DNA of 64,000 nucleotides from Candidatus Moraniibacteriota bacterium (lineage in GTDB: Bacteria; Patescibacteriota; Minisyncoccia; Moranbacterales; UBA1568): contig JBBCGM010000001.1 of NCBI GenBank assembly GCA_037201605.1, forward strand, positions 147,585 through 211,584, given 5' to 3'. Of the stretch, positions 10,672-21,912 are shown one piece after another. How positions within the stretch are numbered: the first letter of the stretch is position 1; each line of letters starts with the position of its first letter. The notes beneath the pieces are model-generated. The model searched no databases and was not told the DNA's origin. It saw only the letters and a program-made list of their open reading frames with translations. The position numbers were made by a program, and so were the translations under genes.

Positions 10672-11342
10672 CTATTTGCCCATTTTGAGCACATTCGATC
10701 ACTTTGCCGTTTATGACAAAATCATCCTCCGGGGTGAGGAATATGAGGCTGGTGGCGCTTGTCGGTCGATTCTGGCAACAGAGCGATGTTGCGCCCGTCT
10801 ACGGTGCGAAAGGTTTTGACAGTCGCCAGGCCGTCAATGACCACCAGCACCTTGTCCCCCGTGTTGTAGTGCTTGTAGCTGGCATCTACCAGGATAAAGT
10901 CCCCGTTCTGGATGGTCTTGCCGCCCACCTTGGCCTTGTTCATGGACGTACCCGATACCTGGATAGCGAACACGTCGCTCTTGGCGCGCGTCTTGACCAG
11001 GCGGCGCGAGACCTTCAGGTAGCCTTGGATATACTTGGTCGGCAAACATGGTGGCCGTGCCGTGCGTTCGCCATGCCGAAAACCGGTACGGAAAGAAAGC
11101 TCTCATTCGTCACGCCGAGAGTTTGATACCGCGGTCTTCGCTGGTGCGCTCGATATAGCCCTTGCGTTCCAGTTCGCTTCAGATAGACAGATAAAGCTTC
11201 GCAGGCTTTTCAGTTTCAGGCCCATTTTATCGGAGCGGTCTTGGAGCTCGCGCACCGTGGGCATTTCGCCGTTTTCCGAAAAGAATTCCTTGATCGCCTG
11301 AAAGACGATCTTCTGCTTGGGAGTGAGAAGTTGCATACGCAT
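10672..11342 (-). pseudogene. lexA: LexA repressor (wHTH + S24 peptidase), >=4 frameshifts
   Basis: N-terminus MQLLTPKQKIVFQAIKEFFSENGEMPTVRELQ. Then LERKGYIERTSEDRGIKL and VPVFGMANA in other frames. The S24 core is VFAIQVSGTSMNKA...GDFILVD...GDKVLVVIDGLATVKTF. Confidence 0.8.
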
Positions 11343-11436
11343 GTTTCCTGTTACTTTTTGTTTACCAAAATGCACACAAAAAGTATACTCCATGGCAAAA
11401 AAAGACTGTCAAATCCTCCTAGGAACCGAGACAGGC

Positions 11437-12366
11437 CTACTGCTTGAGCGATTCCATGAGGAGGGAGAGCGTGTACTGATCGCCCAGGATGTCGTTATGT
11501 GTTTCGGACCAGTACTGCACATTGTTGGCATACCACTCATACTGGGCCGAGCTTGATCCGGACAGATACAGCTTGGAAGCGCGCTTTTCCGCCTCTGTAT
11601 CATGATTCGTCACCCCCGGCACATCCCCAAGCTTGAGTGCCATAGCGAGCACCCCGTCATCCACGTTCCACGGGTCAGGATGGGTCTTGCCAGAGAGTTT
11701 CTTGAGCCGGTCGCGGTATTCGTACCAGGTAGCAGGCATAAACTGTGAGATGCCCATCGCGCCACCAGTCCCGGCGTATTCGCTTGCGGCCGGATTACAG
11801 GATACCTTCAAACGCTCGGCATCATACCCCAGCTCCTTGGCAAGCGTGCGGATCATTCCTTGCTGGCGTTGGAATGTCGCCCACGCTTCCGTACTGAGCG
11901 CTCCCCGGCCGTGCGCTGCTTCTGCGCCATCGGACACCCTGGCCATAGGTGCAGCGGCCCATGTTTTCGCCGATGACCGTCCTCGACCGACATCATCCCG
12001 AGCAGCAGTTCCTTGCGTACGCCGGTCAGTTTGGCTGCATTTTCCGCTGCCCGCTCCACTGCCGCCGGATCGGTAATCGAAGGTGGGAGAGCCGGATCAT
12101 CCACTCTTTCGAGGGCGGTTTGTCGGCGCCGAATCAGAAAAGGCGCGCAAGGGATGAGCGGCAGTCGCAGAGAGAGACAGAGCTGTCTGGTCTTTGGGGT
12201 TATTGAGAGCCACTAGATTCTTTTGTGGACCACTAAGGGTTTGGGAAGGTCCGAGAGAGGCTACGATCGCTCCCCCGCCGAGGCCCAAGAGCGCCACGCC
12301 AAAGAAGGAGGCTACGAGCCTGTGTGTGGAATAAGCTGAAAAAGCGCCTCTCGAAGAAGGTTTCAT
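11437..12366 (-). pseudogene. secreted lytic transglycosylase (SLT-like), frameshifted
   Basis: N-terminal TM/signal (ORF 12097..12405). GVRKELLLGMMSVE is in a second frame. GAMGISQFMPATWYEYRD and the C-terminus are in ORF 11437..11946. Confidence 0.7.
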
Positions 12367-12471
12367 ATTGGTAGTATACCATTTCTCGTCAAAAGGATTT
12401 TGCATAAATAAAAGCCCGCAGGGATCCCGAGAAGGACCCGTGCGGGCTTGGATTGAGCGTTCAACCTTCGC

Positions 12472-13028
12472 TTAGCCAGAATGCAGAACAACGTTCTCAT
12501 GTTGGGAAATTTCCCGCAGCTGATCAACAGCCGCTTCGCAGGTAGCCGCAGAGAATTCCGAACAGGGATGCCGGGGTACTTCCATGCAGCGTCTTGCGAA
12601 GGTAGCGGGCGTTGGAAAGCCGTCGTCAATACCGACGACGACTACAGACGCTGGGAAAGCACGGTGCAGGGCGCACATTTCGCCGAGTTCAAAGCGTGAT
12701 GTTAGCGCATAAGCCCGGCTACAGTTGTGTAGCCCTTCGCGGGGGTAACCAGAACAGCACCAGACCGCGAAACTGCGCGTGGTCGAGATGGTAGTGTTCC
12801 CACTTCACCTGTTCATCGTACATCTCTTCGTCGAAATCGCCCTCATGGACGATGGCGCGGCGAGGTGAAGCGATGTGAACTTGCGCTCCCAGCTCCTGCA
12901 GCCAAAAGAATGAGCGGAATATTGCCAATATTGCCGCTCCTTGGATGGGGCCGGCCAGAAAATGAATGGCTCCTGCGAATGGTCGTAACGCGGCGCAAGA
13001 AGACATTATCAGGATAATTCATAGCCAT
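12472..13028 (-). pseudogene. hypothetical protein, frameshifted (fragments 12843..13028, 12719..13006, 12472..12678)
   Basis: Three overlapping minus-strand ORFs join into one reading. No family was recognised. Confidence 0.3.
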
Positions 13029-13163
13029 ACTCTCCTCCTTCGATTGTTAAAGAATAGTTCAAAATATCCCGAAAAGGGCCTCCCGTCAAGGCGTTTACGC
13101 CCGGACAAAAGAAGCCTATGCTAGAGGCATCGCTCGAGTTAAAAATAGAAAAGGGAGGGGGCT

Positions 13164-13741
13164 ATGCAAGAAGAAAAACTGCGGCACTTCCTGGAATCAA
13201 ACCGGGTGCCGATTGAAGCATGGGGGTAGCGGAGAAGCCAAAACACTTGAACACCTTTTGAAAGAGTTGAATGAGGAGAGTCAATTCTCCAAGAGGGAGA
13301 GAGTGGCCTGCTGCGGGTAGCCGAGAGTGCAGTCGTGAATGTGTTCTACAACGACTACGGGAGCTTGAAGATCCTCTGGGAGAAAAAAACAGATATTTAC
13401 CGGGGGTCGGGAACGCGTGAGAGAGAACTTGGCCTGGAAGCATCGGGGAAAAAATGCATCCGGGTGAAGATCCGTTAGAAGCCGCGTATCGGGCGCTCGG
13501 CGAAGAACTCGACATCCATGAGCGCTTGCACACTCACCCCGAAGGGAGATGAGAGAAAAGGGCCCGTGCCTTCGGCTTCTTTCACCCCGGTCTCCATACT
13601 CTCTACATTCTACATATCTTCGAAGTCTTTCTGCCCAAACACCTTTATCGTAAAGCGTTCGTCGAACACCAGAAAGATAAATCAAGCTTCTTTAGCTGGC
13701 TGGACTACGGCCCGTTCCAACAGCTGGAAGCCTTCTATTAA
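13164..13741 (+). pseudogene. NUDIX hydrolase, frameshifted
   Basis: Strong RBS aagggaggggg precedes ATG 13164. The Nudix box GKKMHPGEDPLEAAYRALGEELDI is readable only after frame changes. An intrinsic terminator follows. Confidence 0.6.
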
Positions 13742-13755
13742 GAAATAAGAAAACC

Positions 13756-13790
13756 AAAAAGCCCGAGGCAACGCCCCGGGCTTCTTTTTT
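13756..13790 (+). terminator. intrinsic terminator; also the left edge of the AT-rich segment
   Basis: Stem gcccgaggc..gccccgggc followed by ttctttttt. Confidence 0.65.
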
Positions 13791-13838
13791 ATCAAGAATC
13801 CTGAACTATTTCTCTCTATAATAAGTTTGTTCCAAAAT

Positions 13839-14590
13839 TCAGCAATTCGTTCGGATGGCCGGAGGGGCGTGGTCGGAATCGTTTGTTGAGGAAACTACTT
13901 CGAGCCCCTCTCCATCAATAAATGCTGCGCCATCATCAGGATCACGGAAATAGAACTTTACTTCATAGCGACTCTCCTCAGAAGTAGTTGCTGGCTGAAC
14001 ACGGCCAACTCCGGAAAAAGTAACAGGATAAATCTGCTCAAAACGAGAACTATAGACATCTGAGATCTCTTTTACTTTGAATTTCCTTCATATTGTTTCT
14101 GATTGACCATGCCCCGTCAGTTTTACATCACTATCAGCCAACAAAACCAAAATAGATGAATTCATACCAAGATAGCTACCCTCGGCTGCCTGGATTTCAA
14201 TATCACTTCCGTCTCGAGGAGCCTGGATTTCATAATCACCCCGTTTCGACTCAAGTAAAGCGAGCTCTGTTCTAGCTGAAATATTATCTTCAGCAAGTTC
14301 TTCAAGAGAACCAAGACGCGACGCGAGACTATCATCGGCCAAGCGAACAAGTAATCTCCTTTTCGCACATGTTGGCCCGTGCTAACCGGAATTGACTCCA
14401 CCCTACCCACTACAGAGTTTGAGATGGAGACTCTTTCCTTCTGAACAGAAAAGACAACTGGTTCTTTTGAAGTTTCATAGGTATTGACTCGACGCACAAG
14501 AGCTTGAGTAGAAATACCAAAAGCCACTATAAAAACTAAGATGAAGTAACTCGCATTGAATATTCCTCTTTTGAAAAATTCTTTTTTCAT
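13839..14590 (-). pseudogene. HlyD-like membrane-fusion/periplasmic adaptor protein; one frameshift (~14340) and one in-frame TGA (14088-14090)
   Basis: N-terminal TM (IFNASYFILVFIVAFGI). Lipoyl-like GRVESIPVSTGQHVRKGDYLFA|LADDSL, a coiled segment, IQAPRDGSDIEIQAAEGSYLG, then (after the TGA, in the same frame) RKFKVKEISDVYSS...YEVKFYF... Confidence 0.65.
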
Positions 14591-14619
14591 AAAATTATTA
14601 GCTGCGTATTTATAGTAGT

Positions 14620-16164
14620 TTAATCATTTGGCTGAATATCATATTTCACAACTCTATGTTCGCCGGTAAGAAATAGATACAGAAGATACGTATTGATAAG
14701 TACCTCACACCAAAAATTCAGAGGTTCATACCAGCCAACAAAAAGGCTAAAGATACCAAGAAGAATGAGGAGTACATGTGGCCAAGCCCATTTCATAAAA
14801 AGATCATCGTAACTTTTTTGCGAAGTCGTAGCAATCCATTTATGCTCTGTCTGAAAAGCAACAGAGATGAGTGCTAGTAAATAAGGATAGAAACTTGCCA
14901 CTGCCGTTGCAAGGGTTGCTAAATACAAGCGTCCCAGAAAAAGCCATGTCAGCGCATAGTAAAGAGCAAAATATGGAACATAGTGAAGAACCCACACAAA
15001 ACCGTTTTCCGTATCCAGAGGCTTAATACCAAAGAGCAGATAGAGGATTGGGAAAAGTAAATACGCTAATATAGAAATACCCACAAGAAAATACGTGTTA
15101 GAAAAGAAATACTGTATGCGCTGATCTAGATTTAATTTTTTGGAACGGAGCGGATTACTGGTCAATAGCATGCCTAACCCGCCCTTTGCCCATCTTCGCT
15201 GTTGCTTGAAATAAGAGACAATAGTGGAAGGTGCCTGGCCTACTGCCAAAACTTCATTAATAAAGAGCGTATGCCAGCCTTTTTCATGTAAAAGAAAAGA
15301 GGTCCAGATGTCCTCTGAATTGTTAAGAGCAATTCCGCCAATCTCATCAATAGCACGTCTTCGAAAAATCATATTTGTCCCAACACAGAAAGCGGAGTTG
15401 GAAATATTTTTTGCCGGACAAACATACCGATAGAAAACCTCTTGGGCCTGGGCTGTTCCTGCTGCAATAAAGGAATGTGTATTCGCAAAATATTGAGGAG
15501 ACTGTACCATGGCCAAACGATTGTTGGCCATGTATGGCAGAAGCTTGGTAATGAAGTCTTTTTTAGGAACCTGGTCCGCATCAAAAATAATAAAGAATTC
15601 TCCGGTTGCATGCTTCAGGCCATTATTTACATTACCCGCCTTAGCATGTTGTCGCTCTATGCGACCAATGTATTCAGCCCCAAATTCAAGAGCAGCCTGA
15701 CGCACGTCCTCTGATTGACCATCATCCAGAACATATGTGGTATGAGAATAATCCAAATCTACAGCAGCTTGAACAGTGTGTCGGATAATGTCTATCGGTT
15801 CTCCGTAGGTAGTAACAAAGACATCAATAGTAGGATGACGATTAATTAAAAAAGCGCCTTTATCAACCAGGTAACTCCTATGATGTTTCTCAATAACAAC
15901 ATCTAGAAGAACAGTTATCCAGAGGCCTAGCAAGGCTGCAATTGCAATGATGTCTGCAATAACCTGGATAACATACAGAACTATATTGTCTGCATTCTCT
16001 GGATTAAAAACAAAGGATCCGTAAAGAACGACCACAAGAGGGGCAGCAAAAAGAAAAATTGTAGTAGTGTTAAGCAACTGTGCAGGCAGGATGTGTTTTT
16101 CGTCTAAAAATTTACGAAGTCCCTGACTACCAGGAATTTTTGTTGGAATTTGTACTTCCTTCAT
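14620..16164 (-). CDS. processive family-2 glycosyltransferase, cellulose-synthase-like (BcsA/CrdS-like), no PilZ domain
   Basis: Intact 514 codons from ATG 16164, whose ATGA overlaps the upstream stop. Motifs: VLDDGQ, HAKAGNVNNGL, FDADQVP, NSEDIWTS, FKQQRRWAKGG. TM helices lie on both sides of the catalytic domain. Confidence 0.85.
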   Translation of the reverse strand: MKEVQIPTKIPGSQGLRKFLDEKHILPAQLLNTTTIFLFAAPLVVVLYGSFVFNPENADNIVLYVIQVIADIIAIAALLGLWITVLLDVVIEKHHRSYLVDKGAFLINRHPTIDVFVTTYGEPIDIIRHTVQAAVDLDYSHTTYVLDDGQSEDVRQAALEFGAEYIGRIERQHAKAGNVNNGLKHATGEFFIIFDADQVPKKDFITKLLPYMANNRLAMVQSPQYFANTHSFIAAGTAQAQEVFYRYVCPAKNISNSAFCVGTNMIFRRRAIDEIGGIALNNSEDIWTSFLLHEKGWHTLFINEVLAVGQAPSTIVSYFKQQRRWAKGGLGMLLTSNPLRSKKLNLDQRIQYFFSNTYFLVGISILAYLLFPILYLLFGIKPLDTENGFVWVLHYVPYFALYYALTWLFLGRLYLATLATAVASFYPYLLALISVAFQTEHKWIATTSQKSYDDLFMKWAWPHVLLILLGIFSLFVGWYEPLNFWCEVLINTYLLYLFLTGEHRVVKYDIQPND

Positions 16165-18243
16165 ACGACTTCTTCTAATTCTTTGCTTTTTTGAGAAAGA
16201 GCAACGTATATACCGGTGAGAATAACCATGACAAGGCCAGTAGATTGGATGGGCCAGTGCCAAAGCGGCCAGTGATTTTGAAGAACAACTTGATCAGCAT
16301 TTTTAAAAGATTCATTTGTTGGTTTGAGGTACATAAAACGAAGATTCGTCGGAGCAATAGATATATCGTTCATATTCTTTACTGTCCAACCGTGGTCATA
16401 GCTTTGCATAACGATTATATTTGGATCTTCGAGACCCTCCAATGCTCCCGTGCTCGTATCGAGAACAATGGTATCGGGCCATTCGAAACGAACGGGAATT
16501 GGTTTCAATAATTTTTTCTCGCGTATTTCTTGAGCAAAACGGGACATTTCCTCATCCCAAGCTTTGAATGAAGCAGCTTTTGCACTTGATTTTGGAAGCT
16601 CATTAAACCGGAGGAGTTGCTCCGTATCTCTTGCTTCAAAAGCATACGCTAAAGCAACATCTTCCCGATTTCTAAGAACAGAGATAGTTTCCTTTTCTGG
16701 CTGAACTTCACCAACGACCTCAAAAGTTGGCTTGCTGTCTACCCCTCCCTGCTGCGTAAGCCCATCAACAAGTGGGGAAAGTTTTGGAGTGAAAAGGTAC
16801 TCAACTCCAATTACTAAAGAATAATCTTTAATGAGCTCAATCTGACGATTAGTGACCCCTGTATAGGATACGTCTGTCTTCATGAGGGCATTAAATCGAA
16901 CTGGGTAAGGGTTTGGGAAGCGATTATAAGAAGTAACAAACCGTAATCCAGGTTTTCCAAAATAACTTGCTGAAGGAACTTCTTTAATATAGATACTCCC
17001 TTTAGGTACTTCTTTATCAGAAAAAAATTCAGCAACAGGGTCGTGTATCTGACTGATTGGTTGAGCGGTATATTGAGAAGCAATCTCGATTGATTCGGTG
17101 GTACCAATTGCTAATACTGCAATAAGAATCGTGTAAAACATTCTCGAACGAGCTCCAGAAAATGCTGCCTGGAGAAATGCGGCAAAACAAAATGGAAGTA
17201 CTAGGGCAATAAAAGGAACTGCTCGAGGGAATTGAAGTTTGTTGATAAAATCTGGGTAGTAGCCTAATCGACCAAAATAGATAAATCCTATATAGAGAGT
17301 ACAGTAAGCAAGCAGGAGCTTGGCCCAACGAGGAGACTCGCTAGACCTGATAAAAAGAATGACCCAGGAGAGTACGATGCCTATGAAATAAATAAGACTA
17401 AATCCCATGTACTCCTGAGCAAGCACCTGCTGTAAAAACTGTTTTGATGTTGAATGGGGATTATTAACGATATATCCCGAAGTAAGATATGGCAGAGCAA
17501 ATGGCAAAGTACTTAAAACGAGAATTAACCCTGTGATAAAAAGTTTTTTGAAATTTTTTTTGAAAATCATTAGCAAAGAGAAGAAAGATCAGCATGCCCG
17601 TAGTACTATAGCCAATCACAGGGTGTAGAGACCATGATGCTCCGCTTAAGGCAGCAAAAAGATAAACCCACCTAGGATCATTTACTGCCTTGATCCAGAC
17701 AAAAACGATAACGGGAACAGCAATAAAAGCTATGTGTAGCGAGAAATCTTTTATAGCAACCCACTGCTGAGATGAGGCATACGAAAGTATGATTGCAAAA
17801 AAGCTAAACCAGAGATTTATACCCAAAAGACGAAGTGCGATATAGGAGATAATACGAATACCGATAAAAACAATGACTGAAAGCCAAATCATTGCCTTGG
17901 TTATTGAAAGTCCGAAAATTTCAACAATCAAGGCCGTCGCTATATGTTCTACATACTGAAACGCTCGCCAATGATTAATTCCGCTTGCCCAGACATGATC
18001 CCATGAAGAAACACCATATTGCATAATGTCTCGAACGCGGAATGCATGGTAAAGCCAATCTTGATACCCCGTATCGAGATATTCATAATGCACATAATAA
18101 CCAATCAAAAACCAGCCGATCGCAGTAATACCAAAAATGGCAAGTAGATCAAAAATCCAAGAAGAACTCTTTCTTGATTTGCTAATAGTTTTTTGTTCCT
18201 GATCAAGATTCATTTCCGTATTTGTCATAATTCCTGGATTCAC
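16161..18243 (-). pseudogene. large polytopic membrane protein (~690 aa, YfhO/GT-C-like architecture), one frameshift in an A-run near 17550
   Basis: ORFs 17464..18243 and 16161..17576 join at ..GMLIFLLFA|(L)MIFKKNFKKLFITGLIL.. There are >=12 predicted TM helices, a soluble domain and a C-terminal TM. The start may be ATG 18228 rather than GTG 18243. Confidence 0.6.
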
Positions 18244-18244
18244 G

Positions 18245-20323
18245 TTAGCGTGCAGACAGAACCCAAGCGGTCAGATAACTCCGCGTATTCCAAGTATCAA
18301 TATCCTTGTCAGTAACGGTACTTAGTAGCATTTTTGCCTTATCCTTCTCAATAAGTGAAAGTACCATAATAAGAGAATCCCTAAAACTGGTCCCCGGAGC
18401 AAGATTAACCCTATTCAGGATATCTTTGAGATGGTCCTTATTCGAGGCAAGATAGCCTGACTGGGAACCGAGGGGAAGCATCTGAATACCGATTTTCGCC
18501 TCCGTAGCAGGACTAAACCAAGTCGCAAATTCCGCTTTTCCACCCCATAGGAGAGAGACGATCGGATCATTATAGTGAGCCTGTATCTCTTGCGACCACG
18601 CTGGGGAAATCCAGTAAGTCAGAGTGCTTTGGCGCTCTTCCTCATAAAGAGACTGCGCCAAAGCTTCAAGGTCTTTAGAGCCGATAAGCTTGGCCCACTG
18701 GGCTACTCCATACCACGCCTGGAGCGCTTCAGAGGTCGATTCTTGGTTATTGCCATCTGCAAAGGGGGCGCTCCCTGAGGCCCAGCTGTGACCCTCATAA
18801 ACATCGAAGCTTCTGAGATATGGGAAATAGGTATCCGAATGGCTTGAAGTGGCAATATCTCGGACCAGAAGATTTATAAACGGCTCATATTCTTGAACGA
18901 AACTAGGGTCATGTCTCCCCAGAAGAGCAGCTGCTGTAATAAAATATCCGTAGTGGAAATGATGGTCATTGAAGGTTTCGGAACCGAAACTCGATGGATA
19001 CCCCACTAGCCCTCCAATAATCGGATCGTAGCTAAAGTATTGAGCTCCGTCCTTTTCCAGAGTACCGTCCTTCCATTTTTTAAACTGATCAGAAATTTTC
19101 CGGGCAATATCCTGGGCCACATCTTTCTCTCCTAGATCATCAGCCAAGACAAGAAGATTAGCCGCTGCTAGGAGCCTTTTGCCATTGAAATACGTATCCT
19201 GCTCTGGAAAAACAAGTTTCCCCGCGTCTTCTCTCACCAAAGAGCGGAGCATGCTCTTCTCGCTTTCACTCAAACGAGAAACATCGGGACCTATTTCTGA
19301 TAACTGATCACGCTTATAGTTCAGAGTAAAGTGATTCCTTGGAAAAAATCCTGCTTGCCCCGGAGAGTTTCAAGCGCTCCAAACTCTCATGATTACCCTC
19401 TAGCTCCCCAGTCAAGTGATGCGGGAGGAGACCGAGCACGGTGTCACCGCCTGAATTGAGTATGGAGCGTATAAGAGAGTGAGCGTCTCTCCGTATCCAA
19501 ACCGTACTGAACTTCAGTACCGGTAACGGGATCGAGAGCGAAATTTTTAAGGCGCTCTGTACCTACGGCTTGAGGTAAAATAGCAAATGAAAGAAGTGCC
19601 TTATCTCCTTTAGCATGCAGGTAAGCTTCTTGATCAGAGGAAATGATCACCTCTAACTGTGAGGGATCGAATAGAGGGCAAACTTTTTCCCATCAATCTC
19701 AGCAGTCAGCGTTTCAGCATCATTTTTCGTAAGTTTCCCGACGACTGAAGTACGAAATCCTCGCCTGGCTTCATGTCTACCCAAAGAAAAAGAGAACCGC
19801 GCAGCATGCGAAGCGTGAAAAGATCTGCTGAGTCAGCAGACTTACCTACCAACAAAGAAAGATCATCCCACTCTCGAACTTCGGCTGGAGTGGTATTTTT
19901 TGTAGAGTAGAATTTAATGTCACCTGTAGGGTTCCCTCTCACTATGCCGGGCTGAGCCGAAATATTTGGCAGGCTCGCTTCAAATCCATTATTAGTAAAT
20001 GAGACAGCCCAAGGATAGATATAGAGCGGTTCACCATTCTTCTTAAAAAACAGTGAGCTGAACCACTGATTCGTAGGCAGAGGAGCTTCTGGATCTGAAA
20101 TAAGAGAATCGTTAGCAAGTGCTGATGCTGGATGAGAGAAGAAATATCTGGCGTATCAAGCTTTATTGCCTGATCACTCACATAGCCATTTGAGCCGTTT
20201 CCCACGTTGAACGAGATCTTTTTTAAAGAAACTGCCCCTATAAAAAAAGAGAAGGCCTAACACCAAAAGAAGTACCAGTGGCGCTAGCGGATGCCTGAGA
20301 TATTTCAAAAAAATATGCTTCAT
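18245..20323 (-). pseudogene. GH81 endo-beta-1,3-glucanase with signal peptide; N-terminal half frameshifted
   Basis: The C-terminal 342-aa ORF carries GH81 signatures FNDHHFHYGYFITAAALLG and NNQESTSEALQAWYG. Upstream fragments 19444..19650, 19706..19942 and 19942..20205 sit in other frames. The start MKHIFLKYLRHPLAPLVLLLVLGLLFF is at 20323. Confidence 0.75.
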
Positions 20324-20566
20324 GAAGCCTGTAAACACTCTTCAGAATACCTTTTTTGCCACCATCCAGCAAGTAAAAATGGCTTTCTGAAGCCCTTTAG
20401 CCTATCGAAAAATAACCCCCTTGTAAAGCCAAAGAAAAAACGGGCGGATCCATAAGAATCGCCCGTTGTAAGTTTTTTCCGCTCTTCCGGTCGCTTCTAT
20501 TCCATCGTTCCTGGCAGAATTAGAAGTGTAGACGAACCAGCCGATTCCTGCTCGAGCGTTCTGATT

Positions 20567-21019
20567 TCATAGAGCCGTACTCCCTGCGGAAACGGAAACG
20601 CTAAACGCCGGAGTTTTCTTCAGTTCTAGCCGCGAAACAATATACGGATAGGTGACCGATCCGAAATATGCCAGCAGCAACATGGAGATGAGAATCAGCA
20701 CGAAGACCCAGGAGGTATTGTACAGAAACCTATGTGGACCAAAGAAAAAGGCTGCCGCCGGGATCAGCCCCAGCGCGACAAAGAAGTAGGAGAACCATCT
20801 GTCGGCACGTTTCAGGGCCTTCTGGTAATTTTTCAGAATGCTCTCGATGACCGGGATATCATCCATCGGTACATAGAATATTTCTTCCCGCTCTTGCTTG
20901 CCTGAGCCAAAGCAGCAGTCACACTGGACGATACGATGGTCAACGCCGCCGCTGGCCCTAATTTCGAATTCTTCCCGATTCACTTCACCCTCCCTCGTTC
21001 TCTGAAATAGGAAAAACAC
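20567..21019 (-). CDS. hypothetical membrane protein (true N-terminus probably upstream in another frame)
   Basis: 150-aa ORF with two C-terminal TM helices. Its promoter/5' region and terminator resemble those of the next gene. Confidence 0.4.
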   Translation of the reverse strand: MFFLFQRTREGEVNREEFEIRASGGVDHRIVQCDCCFGSGKQEREEIFYVPMDDIPVIESILKNYQKALKRADRWFSYFFVALGLIPAAAFFFGPHRFLYNTSWVFVLILISMLLLAYFGSVTYPYIVSRLELKKTPAFSVSVSAGSTAL

Positions 21020-21135
21020 ATAAAAGAACTTCCAGACAGCATGCTCTGAAAAACAGTATCTGTCAATCCGTAGAGGAAAAGAAAAAACGGGCGATCCTGG
21101 AGAGGATGCCCGCTAGGAAGATGTGAGAGATGGAA

Positions 21136-21715
21136 TCAGGCCAGTTCGAGTGTGATACCAATCTCCTCCATTGTCTTGCGAATGACAGGCGTCTTGGCCA
21201 ACCGCATCCATTCGCCCAAGCCGAGCGATCCCATCGGCCTCGGCTCATCACGATGAACGAAATCGCAGTAGAGCGGGAAAGGAAGCGTCAGGCCGCATAC
21301 GTTTGCTAAATAGCACATGAACGGATTCTCGCCTCGCAAAAAAGCCACCCAAAATGCAGCGACCATTCCCTTCATGGTAAAGAGCGAGGTGAGGGCAAAT
21401 TTGAAATATCTTCGATTCTGTCCGGAGCCGTTCGAATTCTGAGACCTCGAATTCAAGCTCCTCGCCGGTTATATTTCTAACCGCAAAAGCCTGGTCCCAC
21501 AGGCTGATCGAGTAGTCTACCAACTTAAGTCCGGGACTCCCTGGACCAGAATGGCCAGGAAATATTCTCAATGCCAACAATGAGATGATAGTGGTTACCC
21601 TCCTTGCAGTGATGCAGTTTGAAACGGTAACGGGCATCGGGATCCTGCCACATGGATATTCTCCCTTTTCAAAGAGCCAGAAAACCCCAAAGAACTTCCA
21701 GTCAGAATGCACCAA
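21136..21715 (-). pseudogene. hypothetical protein, frameshifted (ORFs 21248..21715 + 21136..21456)
   Basis: It shares the N-terminal SDWKFF.VF.LF motif and flanking sequence with the 20567 gene. Confidence 0.35.
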
Positions 21716-21912
21716 AACATAGGTTTTGTCAATCCTGAGTAAAGAAAAAGTGTTGCGAGGGATTGTACTATACTACAAAGGTGGAAAACAACTGCTCTCA
21801 TCCTTACGATACTCGTCTTTGCTTCATTTGCGACTTTTTCAATCTGGAAAAATTGGCCAAAGATCCCTTCGCATCCCCCTCTCACGGAAAACGTCTCAAT
21901 CCCCCAGGGACA

